Positions 1-12,059 of a DNA stretch of 64,000 bases are shown piece by piece. Location: assembly GCF_025526975.1 (NCBI RefSeq), contig NW_026515668.1:248001-312000 (forward strand), given 5' to 3'. How positions within the stretch are numbered: position 1 is the first letter of the stretch; the number at the start of each line of letters is the position of its first letter. Both the position numbers and the translations under genes were made by a program. The notes below the pieces were generated by a model. That model was not told where the DNA came from and did not search any database. It saw only the letters and a program-made list of their open reading frames with translations. The DNA comes from Fimicolochytrium jonesii. Taxonomy: Eukaryota.

Positions 1-3000
1 CTTGCTCGGCGTCTTCTTTGCGGCGGGGCTGCTCATAGTCGTGAATACCCTTTTCGGTCTCGAGCTCTAGCCTCTTCGCAACCGCTTCTTGCTCCGCGGC
101 CTTTTTCTTTTCAAGGGCTGCACGGTAGTCCCTAGGGAAAACTCGAACAAACTTGGCTTGCTGGTTTGGCCAGTCGGCGATGATGCGGCGCCCGAGAGCA
201 GAGCCGGTTGCGATGGAGTGCTCTTCGATGAGCGACTTGAGCCACAAAGATTCCTCGGCTTCCGTAACCCGATCGAGATCGACCATCTCCATGTTGCAGT
301 TACGCTCGAAGGTGTCCGTAGCGTCCAAGACGTAAGCGATACCTCCGCTCATTCCCGCGGCGAAGTTACGCCCGGTTTCGCCGAGAATGACAATGCGTCC
401 ACCGGTCATGTACTCGCAACCGTGGTCTCCGACGCCCTCGACCACAGCCGTGGCACCAGAATTGCGCACAGCGAATCGTTCGGCTGCGATACCGCTGAAG
501 AAGGCAGTACCAGCGGTGGCACCGTATAAGCAGACGTTTCCGACAACGATGTTCTGCTCAGCCTTGAAGACGGAGTTGGCAGGTGGGTATACGACAATGC
601 GTCCGCCGGAGAGACCTTTACCGACGTAATCGTTGGCATCTCCCTCGAGGTCGATTTGGATACCTGGAGCGAGGAAAGCGCCGAGAGACTGTCCTGCGGA
701 ACCCTCGAGCTTGATGCGAATGGTACCATCGGGGAGCCCTTGCTCGCCGTGCTGCTTCGATACTTCGTACGATAGTGTGGTGCCGAGCGCACGGTCAGTA
801 TTGACGACCTTTTCGAAGATCTCTACCGGGCGGCGGTGCTCCAACGCCTTCTTAGCCTTCTCGATCAAGCCGTTGTCGAGCCTGAGGTCCAGCTTGTGGT
901 CCTGCTTCTTTACGTTGTGCGTGGCAGCACCTGGTCGCAGCAGGAACGCCGGGGTGAGGATGGGAGTCAGATCAAGGTTGCGAGTCTTGGGGTTCTTGGC
1001 CGACTCGTTGATGGTAAGGTAGTCCGTGCGTCCAACCATCTCTTCGATGGTGCGGAAACCAAGCCGAGCCATGATGCTTCGGCACTCTTCAGCGACGAAG
1101 TAGAAGAAGTTGATGACGTCTTCGGGAGTACCCTCGAACTTCTTGCGGAGCTCCGGGTCTTGTGTGGCGATACCGACGGGACAAGTGTTCTATTGTAGAA
1201 GAATAGGATAATGAGTACAGATAGTTCGTCGGGATTGGCGAACAATGCGATTTAGACCTACCAAGTGACATTTCCTCATCATGATACAACCCATAGCAAT
1301 GAGAGGAGCTGTAGCGAATCCCCATTCCTCAGCTCCAAGGAGACAGGCAACAGCCACATCTCTGCCAGTCTTGATCTGACCGTCGGTTTGCAGAACGACA
1401 CGTCCACGAAGATCGTTGAGCACCAGCGTTTGGTGCGTCTCCGCGAGCCCAAGCTCCCAGGGCAATCCTGCGTATTTAATACCAGTCCACCTGGAAGCAC
1501 CTGTTCCACCGTCGTGTCCCGAAATCAGGATGTGATCGGCGCGTGCCTTGGCGACACCGGCGGCAATGACGCCGACACCGACCTCGGACACGAGCTTGAC
1601 AGACACGCGGGAAAGCGGGTTGGCGCACTTGAGATCGTAAATCAGTTGCTTGAGATCCTCGATGGAGTAGATGTCGTGATGGGGAGGGGGCGAAATGAGA
1701 CCGACACCGGGAGTGGATTTACGGGTTGCGGCGATGCTTTCGCTGACTTTGTGGCCAGGGAGCTCTCCTCCTTCTCCGGGCTTGGCACCCTGAGCAAGCT
1801 TGATTTGTAGCTCTTCGGCGTCAGAAAGGTAGTAACTGGTTACACCGAACCGGCCAGAAGCGACTTGCTTGATAGCTGACCGAGCAAGCTGACCATCGAT
1901 TCCCGGCTTGGAACGTGCGGGATCTTCACCACCTTCTCCCGTGTTACTCTTGCCTCCAAGCTTGTTCATGGCGACTGCGAGCGCAGAGTGGGCTTCGTAG
2001 GAGATAGACCCGTAAGACATGGCACCCGTACAGAATCGCTTGACAATGGATTGCCATGGCTCTACTTCCTCAATGGGGACGGGCGTAGCCACATCGAACC
2101 TGAAGTCCAAAAGCCCACGGAGCGTGCAGTTCTTGATCTGCTCGTAAGCGTTGCGAGAGTATGTCTCGTACGCCGTCTCGTTCTTCCGTTTGACAGCATC
2201 TTGAAGGTTGGCAATGCTGGATGGGTCGTTGATGTGGGACTCTCCTCCATCACGCCAGTGGAAGTCTCCGGGCTCGGGAAGGACGTCGAGGGAGACCGTC
2301 TCTCGAGAAGGCCATGCGGCTTCATGCAGAGCAAGTGTGTCGAGGGCAAGGATGTCGAATCCTACACCCTTGATACGAGATGCGGTGCCTGAGAAGCACT
2401 TCGAAACGACGGAAGGATCGAGTCCAAGAGCTTCGAAGATCTGGGCGGCCTTGTAACTCTGGAGAGTTGAGATGCCCATCTTCGACATGACCTTTCGGAT
2501 ACCGTCATTGCTGGCCTTCATGAAATTGTAGATGATCTTTGCGTCGGTGATGTCGTTCTTGATGATGTTGTCGCGCTTGAGCTTCAGCATCGCCTCGAGG
2601 GCCAAGTACGGGCAGATGGCGTCGGCACCGTAACCGAGCAGCACACAGAAATGGTGCACCTCGCGAGCTTCACCAGTTTCGACAATGAGAGCAATCTTGG
2701 ACCGAAGACGGTTGCGAACAAGATGGTGGTGCACCCCTCCGAGCGCGACAAGAGCGGACAACGGTACGCGATCCGCCGAGGTTTGACGGTCAGTCAAGAT
2801 GGCGATCTTGAGGCCGTCGTGGATAGCTTGCGAGACTTCGGAGCAGACACGGTCAAGCGCGGAAAGGTAACCGGCGGCTCCTTCCGCGCGCATGAACGTG
2901 ATATCGATTTCCGCCACGGACCAGTCCGCACGGAACTGCGGCAAAGCCTTAATAGCCGCCAGCTCATCGATGGAAAGCATGGGCGACGGAAGGTGAAGCC

Positions 3001-4843
3001 GGTGAGCTTGACCTTCCTCGACTTCGAGAATGTTACCCTGGGGGCCGATGTAGCATGAGAGAGACATGACAATGTCTTCACGGATAGGGTCGATCGGAGG
3101 GTTTGTAACCTGCGCGAAGAGTTGACGGAAGTACTCGTACGGAAGCTTTGGCTGTCGGGACATGCAAGCCAATGGGGTATCGTAACCCATAGAACCAAGC
3201 GCTTCCTTTCCATCGGCGACCATGGGGAGCATGAGCATGTTGAGCTGCTCAATAGTGAAGCCGAAAGCGAGCATCCGCTTGTCGTGGGAAACGGAAGTCT
3301 CGTCGAGGAACCATTGCCCAGGTTGAGAGTGGTGCGAAGCGTGGTGCTGGTAGAACATGCAGACATCCGTCATCGAGATCATGTTCTCCTTGATCCACTT
3401 CGCATAAGGCTTCTGTGTAGCGATGCGCATCTTCAACTCCGTGTCATCGACCACGCGGCCTTCTTGGGTGTCGACGAGCAACATCTTTCCGGGGCGGAGA
3501 CGTCCCTTGGTGGTGATACTTGCGGTATCAACGGCGATGGTTCCAACCTCGGAAGCGCAAATCATAATGTCCTTGTCGGTGATGTAGAAACGACAGGGTC
3601 GCAAGCCGTTACGATCCAACGACGCTCCGACGTACCTGCCGTCAGAGAACGTGAACAAGGCCGGACCGTCCCACGGTTCCATCAGGCAGGCAGCCCATTC
3701 GTAGAAGGCACGCTTTTCAGGCTCCATGTGAGGCTGATTCTCCCACGCTTCGGGAATCATCATCATGACAGCTTCGGGGAGGGAAACGGCGCCGTTCATG
3801 ATCAATAGCTCGAGAACATTGTCAAACGCAGCAGAGTCGGAACCGCCTTCTTCGATGATGGGGAGCAAGGTATCGAGGTGGTCCTTGAACGCTTCGCTGC
3901 GCATGACACCTTCTCTAGCCCTCTGCCAGTTTTTGTTGCCTCGCAGAGTGTTGATTTCGCCGTTGTGCGCGCACCATCGCATGGGCTGGGCTCGATCCCA
4001 GGAAGGGAAGGTGTTGGTGGAGAAGCGCGAGTGCACAAGGCAGAAGTGAGATGCAAAGTCGGGATTGGTGAGGTCCGCAAAGTACGGGTAGACTTGGACG
4101 GGCGAGAGAAGACCCTTATATACCATGTGACGGCTGGACAAGGAGCAGATGTAGAACCATCTGATGAGAGTGAGGGCGTGGGTAGACTGCTTTCGAAGAA
4201 GGTAGAGCTGCCTTTCGAATTGCATCTCATCGAAATCGGCGGATGTGTTGTTGATATTGTTCATGGCAACATTGTTGTAGTTGATGGGGGTATTGTACAT
4301 AGCGCCTGCGCCGCGTTGAACAGTAATGAAGGGTTGGTAGATTGCGGGCTCCTTGCTCTTGGAGGACGGACCGAGAATGCTGTTGTCGCGCGGGACAGGT
4401 CTCCAGCAAAGAACAAACAGTCCCAAGGAGCGAGCGATGTCTTCAAACTTTTCCTGGCTCTCTCTGATAACGGTTTCGTCCGGCTTAAAGTAGATGTTTC
4501 CAACCGCGTACTGGCCGGGAGGCGGCAGGACGATTCCGAAGTTCCGTTTCACGTCGGTAGCGAAGAGACGATGGGGGATGCCGCACATGACACCAGCTCC
4601 ATCTCCATCGCGCGTATCAGCCCCAACAGCGCCGCGATGGGTCATGTTGCAAAGGAGGTTTCTCGCATCCGCAACAATTTCGTGAGAAGGCTGTCCTTTG
4701 ATGTGACAAACGAAGCCTACACCACACGAATCCTTCTCGAATGCAGGATCATAGAGTCCCTGTGCCTGTGGGAGGGCACCTGCCCATGAAATGGAGAAGT
4801 TGCTATCCTGAACATCGTTCTGCGCCTTTCCAAGATCGGCCAT
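1..4843 (-). CDS. GLT1: NADH-dependent glutamate synthase (GOGAT), 5' part; runs off the left edge; intron ~1190-1261
   Basis: ORF 1190..4909 contains EKDSCGVGF (GATase N-terminal Cys), [32 protein letters not shown] and [19 protein letters not shown] intron joins RKCHL to [15 protein letters not shown]. Likely ATG (MADLGK) at 4843. Confidence 0.97.
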
Positions 4844-5659
4844 TGAAATGGTGGCTGTTGCGTTCCGTTCGTGAAAGTACAAGGGTAAGGGTTGCCGAAT
4901 TGCTATCACTGGAAACCTGCGCGGGTGAAGAAGCAGCAGATTTAAGATTTAGTAAGAGCCCGCAGATGGTTCTCACTGCATCGCTGTTCTCGACTTCATA
5001 TTCGTCTCGCCCAGCCGATACACAAGACAGAAAGTGCAGGAGTGGGAAAAAAGTACCTTTGCAAGTAGTGCGAATCAATGTATTCACCGGAACGTGGGCT
5101 GTACGACTTTTACAAATGCAGCGCCCACGTTCAGTCTGTAATGTATTTACTGGTAGCTTTCGCGGATTGAAAGTTCCTGAGAAAGTTGATAAAAGCGAAA
5201 CCTGTGCGTTCGGACAGGGACGGTGGAGAACTGGTCAGAAGATTGTCGTTTTGCAGACGGTAAGTGCTGAGCGCAACTGGACCCTACTCTTTGCCGGCTG
5301 TGCTGTGGGTATGGGCAAGACTGGGCTGCAAGGGAGTAAAGCACTCGATAGTGTATGGAAGATGCGGGTGAACGAAAGGGCAGCGATCTCGAAAAGATGG
5401 CGGGCCGGTGGTTGGGTGCGAGAAGAGAGGAGGGGAATGCGGCTGCGAGCTACGAGTATGTTCGACTGTGGGACGCAGGGTTACCGTTTATGCAGGATAT
5501 CTCTTGTGGAAAAAAAGAATCCAGGAAGAGAGAGGAAGGAGGACAGCGCGGACGTTATGTATTTCATCCGAGCCCCAAATGTAATCATTGGTACAGTACG
5601 TATAATGCGGTGAGGCACTTGAAGGGAGACGAGGGAGATGGACATCAACCCAGGGATTA

Positions 5660-5779
5660 TTATCGGGGGCGGCGATAACAACCACCGCATTTGCTGAGCC
5701 TTGGACCCCCATTCCTCCATTCCATTATATGTGGGTTATCGATGAGGGAAGGTGGGGTTGTGGAGAACACGAGAGATAA
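5660..5779. promoter_or_regulatory. Cluster of four HGATAR (GATA-factor) sites upstream of glutamate synthase
   Basis: TTATCG at 5660 and 5736, CGATAA at 5673, AGATAA at 5774. GATA factors (AreA/Gln3 type) regulate nitrogen-assimilation genes in fungi. Function here is inferred only. Confidence 0.35.
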
Positions 5780-6356
5780 GGCATTGTCCCTTTTGGCACG
5801 CGTATCCATATGCCTATGACTGTGCTCCCACGGAAAGCCCCGAAACTTCGCACGCGCCGCTTGACATCTCCATCTCCAGTTCCCGGTCACAGCCCGCCCC
5901 CCGGTTTGAAATTTGGGTGTCTTTGGTGAAATGCACATCCCACCGGTCCTCAACTCATCAATGTACCACCTCAAATCCGCTAAAAGACTGCTGAACGGGG
6001 AACAGGCTTACGGTTGGCGCTGCGGACGTGTCCTTACCGCAGGTCCCAAAATGCACCATCGATGATGATCGAGCAGCAAAGTGACAGGTCAAAGTGCTTG
6101 CACGCCCAGGGTCCCGCTGTTTTGAGGGAGGCGTGGGGTAAACTTCACACCCAAGTTACTGTACATTTGAGTCTCCCAGCATCTCGCGGCAAACATGTTG
6201 CACTCACCATAATTGCGAACCTTCCCCGCGAAGTTCAACCACCCCCAATGCAGGGACGGCAACTTAAACAAGGAGACATGACTGCTTGATGTCCATGGTG
6301 CATTCATCCAAGGGTGTACTCCAAATCCACAGCCTCTGCATTTCCAGTGTTGCACC

Positions 6357-8300
6357 TTATCTCCTCCTTATCGGAGGGAATGACACATCGTCGCGTGGGG
6401 AGTGGTGGCACGAAAGGGTTGGTGCTATTACACACGGTTGTGGCTTTACCTTAATTCTTGGGGTTATCACATGCCTACGTGCGGACTGGAATTTTCCACA
6501 CAAAGTTGAGACGCGTCGATACACGCGTTGCGAGCATCTTGTCCGAAACACTTGCTCCGAAGCTTGAAATGTCGCAAAGGTCACTACCTCCTTTCGCCAT
6601 TGGTGCACACATAGGTTGCGGAATTCCACCTCCTCTGCGATGGTCGTATCATAGACATGCTTCGCGTCAGCAAATCTTTTGACGCTTTCTGTTTCTTCAA
6701 GCCATTGCATCGATTCTGGTATCGATGCCTATCGATCATTGTTTCATGTATGCTTCATCCCATCTAGTGACGGTTTCGGCGCATGCCTTTCCCAGGGCAA
6801 CCAGAATGCCAAGTCTTCCCGCCCGTAGCTCGCCAGCTGCTGGTTCCAGAACAAGACCTTCTTCTTGCTTGACGTGTGCCAAGATAACACCTTTTCCCGT
6901 TCAAACCCCGACGGCTTCTGAGACGACCCAGCGGGTGATTTTCGGGTATATAGCAGCACCGTGGTAGCCACGTTATAAACTCGCCTGCCCATCAGCGATC
7001 AACTGCCAGCATCGGCCTTGTGACCCATCTCAGTCATTCATGGTCGCCAGCTCTTTTGATACTCCTTCACCTTCTCCTAGGTGCATGCGCCATATGCGCG
7101 AAACCGTCTAGCATTGGAGTGCAGGGGTAGGGAATTAGCGCAGCAATTACCTGCAACCCACAAGATCCTGAAAGAGAATGGGGATGCCAATGCCAAGGCA
7201 ATTGTGATGATAACGAGCCCACCCAACACTCAAAGGCTCATGTTGGGTTGAGAGTCACCCACGGCATTCTACAGCGGGGCCTGGGCATGATACCCTTGTG
7301 TAAGAACCCATTGGGACACGGCGTGGGGCTGGCGTTCTACGGCGGAGCCACCAGCAAACTCTGAAGACCTTCCCATGCGTGCAAGTGGGCTGTCCTCTCT
7401 AGCACACCGCAGCGTCAAGCTGAGACAAGGACGGCTACCGCAACACGGCCCAGCGGCCCAGCAGCAAAGCGAAAGACAGTTACAACAGCTGAGCTATAAC
7501 CGTTTTGCAAGTGATGGTCAAGGTTACAGCAACCGAGCTTCCACAATGCTGAAGAGCTCAAGGTTCCTGGACTTGAAGGCGGCTACAGCAACCGAGCTAC
7601 CCAATACGGCGAGCTCAAGGTTCCTGCAAGGACTTGAGGGTGACGGCGATGGCGAACTTGTGTGAACGGTAACGGCGGCGGCGACCCTGGATATCCCGGG
7701 TAGAGGGGAGACAAAAGATCGTGAGAACGACATAGTTGAGAAGAGGGAAGGTTGTTTAGGTAGTGTCCCAGAAGTCAGGGGGACAATTAGGATCGCAATT
7801 ACCTGAGGTCCCGACAAGTTGGCAATTAGCAGTGTTTTGGCAAGAGCAACGACACACCGGCGAAGCATAGAAGAAAAGACGTCCTGCACTGTCTAGGGAT
7901 GCGATTTTGGGAATTAGTAGTTGCATCTTGATACAAGTCAACGCGAGATTGACAGCCATAAAGAATTTGGTTCGCCGTAAGCTCGTTGAGAGCTGCCCGT
8001 CTATGCAACGGCCGATGTAAACTCCTTCAATCCATTATTGCATCGTTCGTTGACCGTACACAAAGGGCAAACGCTTGCCCGGAAGAACGCCTTTGAATGC
8101 AGGCATTGATTGCCATTCAAGGATTCACGCCATATGCTTTCGAATCCACAACCGCCTTCGCCCGTCAGCTGACAATGTATTCGCAAGGAGTTCGTTCCTC
8201 TTTCGGCAACTCCGCATCGATATCTTTAAGAAGTCCTTTGGGCTGGACGCAGGCTCGCTCGGTACCGTAGCTCTTCAGGCGAGAACGAGCGCTTGACCAG
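6357..8300 (-). pseudogene. Decayed coding-like relics of unknown origin
   Basis: Short protein-like frames broken by stops or frameshifts: 6744..6992, 6357..6710, and WQSMPAFKGVLPGKRLPFVYGQRTMQ*WIEGVYIGRC near 8000-8120. No recognisable domain. Confidence 0.25.
7525..7640 (+). repeat. Degenerate tandem duplication, ~57-59 bp unit, 2 copies
   Basis: TACAGCAACCGAGCT at 7525 and 7584; GAGCTCAAGGTTCCTG at 7554 and 7611. Confidence 0.8.
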
Positions 8301-8622
8301 TGGAAGGAGCAACTACGCGCGACTATCTCGAGGCCGCCAAGGAGTGAAGCGTCATAAGCATCTCCGAACGAAGCTTAGCGACTCTTTGCATGTCAACGGT
8401 GGGATAGTGTGGATATCAAGGCTCCAGTTTTTCCTCCTGCGTTTCACTTCGGCCGTTGCCTCACCGGGCTTTAGGTCGGTGTCGTCTGAGCCTATCCGTA
8501 GCTGTATCCGTAGTTGGCTCACGCGGTACCCAGCAGTGAAGGTCCCGGACACGGAAGCGCACGTCCAGACGCGTCTGGTTGAAAGTGTCCGAAGAACTTC
8601 AATTTCCGCCGTGTCCGCTCCT

Positions 8623-8658
8623 TGAAAACTTGGACCCACCTGAGAACTTGGACACAAT
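8623..8658 (+). repeat. 18-bp imperfect tandem repeat upstream of the homeobox gene
   Basis: TGAAAACTTGGACCCACC followed immediately by TGAGAACTTGGACACAAT. Confidence 0.65.
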
Positions 8659-8889
8659 CCGGACCCCCTGATCTTGAGCACAGTTCGCTTGTTCACTCGG
8701 TGCCAGTCTCCAAACCCGCAAGGTGCTTATCTTGTGCAGCAGCGTGCGGTTCGGCGTTGCAGGGTTGGAAGCCACGCGTAGGGACCTACCTATCCATCAC
8801 CACAGCACGGCCTGGTGCATTGCGTCCGACAAGAGTCTTCAAGTCTCTCCTTTTTACCCTCTCTCATACCGGACTTATTCACGGCGAGA

Positions 8890-11463
8890 ATGGCGGAAGA
8901 AGTCTCCACAGCGATGGCGACGGACGAAAACCGAGACGCTTCACTAGCAAGAGGCTCCCGTGCAACAAGTCCCGCAACCTCGCGCATTGTTTCCAAACCT
9001 CTCCAGGAAAGGGCCCCGGCTTGCCCACCGAGCTCACTGACCGACGAGCAATTCAAGACCCTTCGGTCCTACTATCGCAAGAACCCCGATCTAACCAGAG
9101 AGCGACGGAAGAGCCTGGCGGCTACACTGCATGTATCGGAGAAGACGGTTGTTCAGTGGTACGCAGAAAACCGTCGTCTGACTGCCGCCGCCACAGCGGC
9201 TGCTGCTAGAAAGGCAACGAAATTGCGCCGGTCCCCGAAGGCTTCAGGAACCGTGCCGAAGGAAAGGGACGCCGAGAAAGTTGATAAACAGTCCCGGCGA
9301 AAGGAGAGCAAGAGCAACAAGGAAAACATGGACCACGTCAGAGCGGAAGAGTGCATAGTTCTCGACACCCCGTCACCGGCGACCGCAAAGAAGATGCTCA
9401 AACCATTGACAATCATGCGTCGGCAGAGCACTCCGCCACCTCCTTACCCAGCGAAAGCTTCTCCCATTCCACCTCTCGCTGCCGAAGAGACGCTAAAGAG
9501 TCCAAACCAACACGAACCTGCTCAGTCTCAGCCAGCGGCCACCCCGATATCTTCCCCAAACGCAGTCATTATTGTTGAGAGCCCCGTGGCCGTCCCAGAC
9601 AGCCCGACACCCGTCGCAAGGAGTAGACCCGCTAGACAGTCTTCACCCATGTGTCAGCAACCCACTTCGTCGCCGGTTCCGCAAGCTTTCTACCCGCAAA
9701 TGACGCCTCAAACGCAATTGATGCCTCAAATTTGTCCACCAATGTATCCGCCGCAGTTCTTTGGCTACCAACCTATGGGTATGGGCATGGGCCAACCGAT
9801 CGGCATGGGTATGCCGATGATGTCCATGCATATGCCGATGATGCAATGGCCGTACATGCACATGCAAATGCAGATGCCCTTTCCTCAATTCCCCCAGGCG
9901 ATGCCTATACTTCCACCGTCGCAAATGCATCCGATCCCCATCGCACCGCACCCGCATCCGGACTCCCAGTCGTCTCAACGTGCCGCGAAGCGAGAACTGG
10001 ATGAGTCGGACAGCAAGGAACTAGCCCAGAACAAGAGGCGCCACACCACGGCAGAACCATCGGCGCCGTCCACGCAGCCGAAATCTTCCAAACCTGTGAA
10101 GATGTCGGCTCTCCGCCCCGATCAGCCGATGTTGGCGAAAGCCAGCAAACGCAGTCAGAGCGCCATGCCGGCATCAAAGAAAAAGACGATCCCCAAGAAA
10201 AGTAGTACTGCTGCACGAAGCACGACTCCGACTAGGACGCCTGTGACGCTTTGCATTGATCTCTGCTCACCTGAGTACCAGCCTCCTACAAGAGCAAAAG
10301 AGACTGATTCACCGTCCAATGGAAGCACCTATTCGGTGAAAGAGAACATCTCCCCGTCCATGGAAATGGCAAAGCTACCTGCCAAGAAGGTCACTGCCGC
10401 GAAACAGAGTCCCGTCCGATCTGAAGCGGAGAAACAAGCCGATGCTGAGATGCTGGAAAAGCTTTTCGGCGACACGGCTCCTGTTCAACCTCCAACATCA
10501 TCATCGTTGTCGATCGATGTCAGCGCCAAAGCAGTCACAGCAGCCACATCCGCATCACTGTTCGATCCGGCATTACACTTCGTCACCTCGCCTCTGGATG
10601 GATTCGCGGACCTGCCCGCTGGTGGGTGGGATCTGGCCAACTTCGACCCGGACCCCAATGCCGCGCGGAACTTTTGGGAGTCGCCCTTCAGCAACCTGGA
10701 TTTCGGCTCCGAGTTCTCCGTCGCGTCTCCTCTCACGACCTTTGGCGATCTGTCGTCGATGGCTGACGCCGCTGGTGAAGGAATTCATGCGATCCCGGGT
10801 TGCGGGTCAAACAGCACAGTGTCGAACGGTGCCGCGAAAACAGGCAACCCGCTTGATCTCGAAATACTCTTCGACGGACATCCTCAATCAGCCCATATCA
10901 TGGCCCCCGCGATTGACCTGAGCGAAGCTGTCCCTAATACCCTCGCAGACAATGAGGTTGCGACGCCAGGAGATACCCTCCCGGCCATCACTTTCCCGCA
11001 ATGGGACCACAATGATTTGGACGACATTCTTGCTCAGCTCCACAGCGACAATCCGGGCGACGACAACCTGGCTTCGATCCGGTCCCCGGATTTGCCAGAC
11101 GAAGTCGATGTCAGCAACCTCCCGACGCTTGACTTCCATACCTCCGTGTTCAACACACATCCTGGATCGATCGACGGGCAAGCTTTGATGAGCGATTTTG
11201 ACCAATTCTTCCTATACAACAACATCAACGAACCGATGCTACTTCCCACGATGTCCGAGTGCGCACCAAGTTCTCCCATCATGGCATTGCCAGCTCTTGC
11301 TGGTGAAGCCGGGATGGATGACCCGGGAGCAGCGTACGGATTCCCGCTTCTCGACATTGACGGCCCCACGGACCACGACGTGAGGTTCGCCGATGCACCG
11401 ACCGACGAGAAAGCGTCCGGTAATGCGGAAGCACCATTGCTGCCCAAGGAAAGGGCAAACTGA
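8890..11463 (+). CDS. Homeodomain-like transcription factor; intronless; M/Q/P-rich middle and acidic C-terminus
   Basis: LTDEQFKTLRSYYRKNPDLTRERRKSLAATLHVSEKTVVQWYAENRR matches homeodomain helix spacing. The rest is low-complexity, and the acidic-aromatic C-terminus resembles an activation domain. Confidence 0.8.
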   Translation: MAEEVSTAMATDENRDASLARGSRATSPATSRIVSKPLQERAPACPPSSLTDEQFKTLRSYYRKNPDLTRERRKSLAATLHVSEKTVVQWYAENRRLTAAATAAAARKATKLRRSPKASGTVPKERDAEKVDKQSRRKESKSNKENMDHVRAEECIVLDTPSPATAKKMLKPLTIMRRQSTPPPPYPAKASPIPPLAAEETLKSPNQHEPAQSQPAATPISSPNAVIIVESPVAVPDSPTPVARSRPARQSSPMCQQPTSSPVPQAFYPQMTPQTQLMPQICPPMYPPQFFGYQPMGMGMGQPIGMGMPMMSMHMPMMQWPYMHMQMQMPFPQFPQAMPILPPSQMHPIPIAPHPHPDSQSSQRAAKRELDESDSKELAQNKRRHTTAEPSAPSTQPKSSKPVKMSALRPDQPMLAKASKRSQSAMPASKKKTIPKKSSTAARSTTPTRTPVTLCIDLCSPEYQPPTRAKETDSPSNGSTYSVKENISPSMEMAKLPAKKVTAAKQSPVRSEAEKQADAEMLEKLFGDTAPVQPPTSSSLSIDVSAKAVTAATSASLFDPALHFVTSPLDGFADLPAGGWDLANFDPDPNAARNFWESPFSNLDFGSEFSVASPLTTFGDLSSMADAAGEGIHAIPGCGSNSTVSNGAAKTGNPLDLEILFDGHPQSAHIMAPAIDLSEAVPNTLADNEVATPGDTLPAITFPQWDHNDLDDILAQLHSDNPGDDNLASIRSPDLPDEVDVSNLPTLDFHTSVFNTHPGSIDGQALMSDFDQFFLYNNINEPMLLPTMSECAPSSPIMALPALAGEAGMDDPGAAYGFPLLDIDGPTDHDVRFADAPTDEKASGNAEAPLLPKERAN

Positions 11464-12059
11464 ACAGCACGCTTACTGCGACGAACTCTGACCACACATC
11501 TGCGCGTTCGTCAAGCCCCGGCATTGGACTCGATCTATTTGCTTCCAATCCCCGAGCTGTGTTTTTGGACACAATACCCCTGCCTTTGCTTTTGTTGCGC
11601 CGACCTCTAGTCTCAGCAGCCCACAGTTTTGATTTATGTAATCTGTTTCCCCCGCTCAATTTTGATCTATCCATACATGTTTTTCACATCCTCCGCTGTA
11701 GGATAGAACCCTATATCCCTCCTCCTCCTCTGCATCATGTGTGTGGGAGACCCGTGATATTTGATCACAATTTTGTTAAAATGAGTAGAAAATAGAAAAA
11801 CCTATGAAAGCAGCATTTTGGCCGATGTCCTTGTTGGACGTATTCGTCTTGAAAAAAGAAAAGCTTTTATCTCGAGCTGCCCTTAGGCACGTGACCGATT
11901 CAGATTATAGCCCCAAGTTGATCTGCGCTTTTCGACTTTTGTCGCTGTGCATTCTTTTCCTTTGCAGCTCATATAAAAGAGTGCGAGCAGCAGAGAGCAA
12001 CTCTGGAGCAATAACCTGCAGTGCTTCGCGTAGTGGAGCCGTTCGAACCCTTTCTAGCC

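Noticed and set aside
89..4789. Many + strand ORFs over the glutamate synthase gene
   Set aside because: Antisense shadows of a codon-biased CDS; no independent motifs.
4844..5087. ORF-track start at 4909 and the 4803..5087 ORF as a uORF of GLT1
   Set aside because: Both use GTG starts and coincide with a probable 5' UTR intron (~4909-5056). The ATG at 4843 is more plausible.
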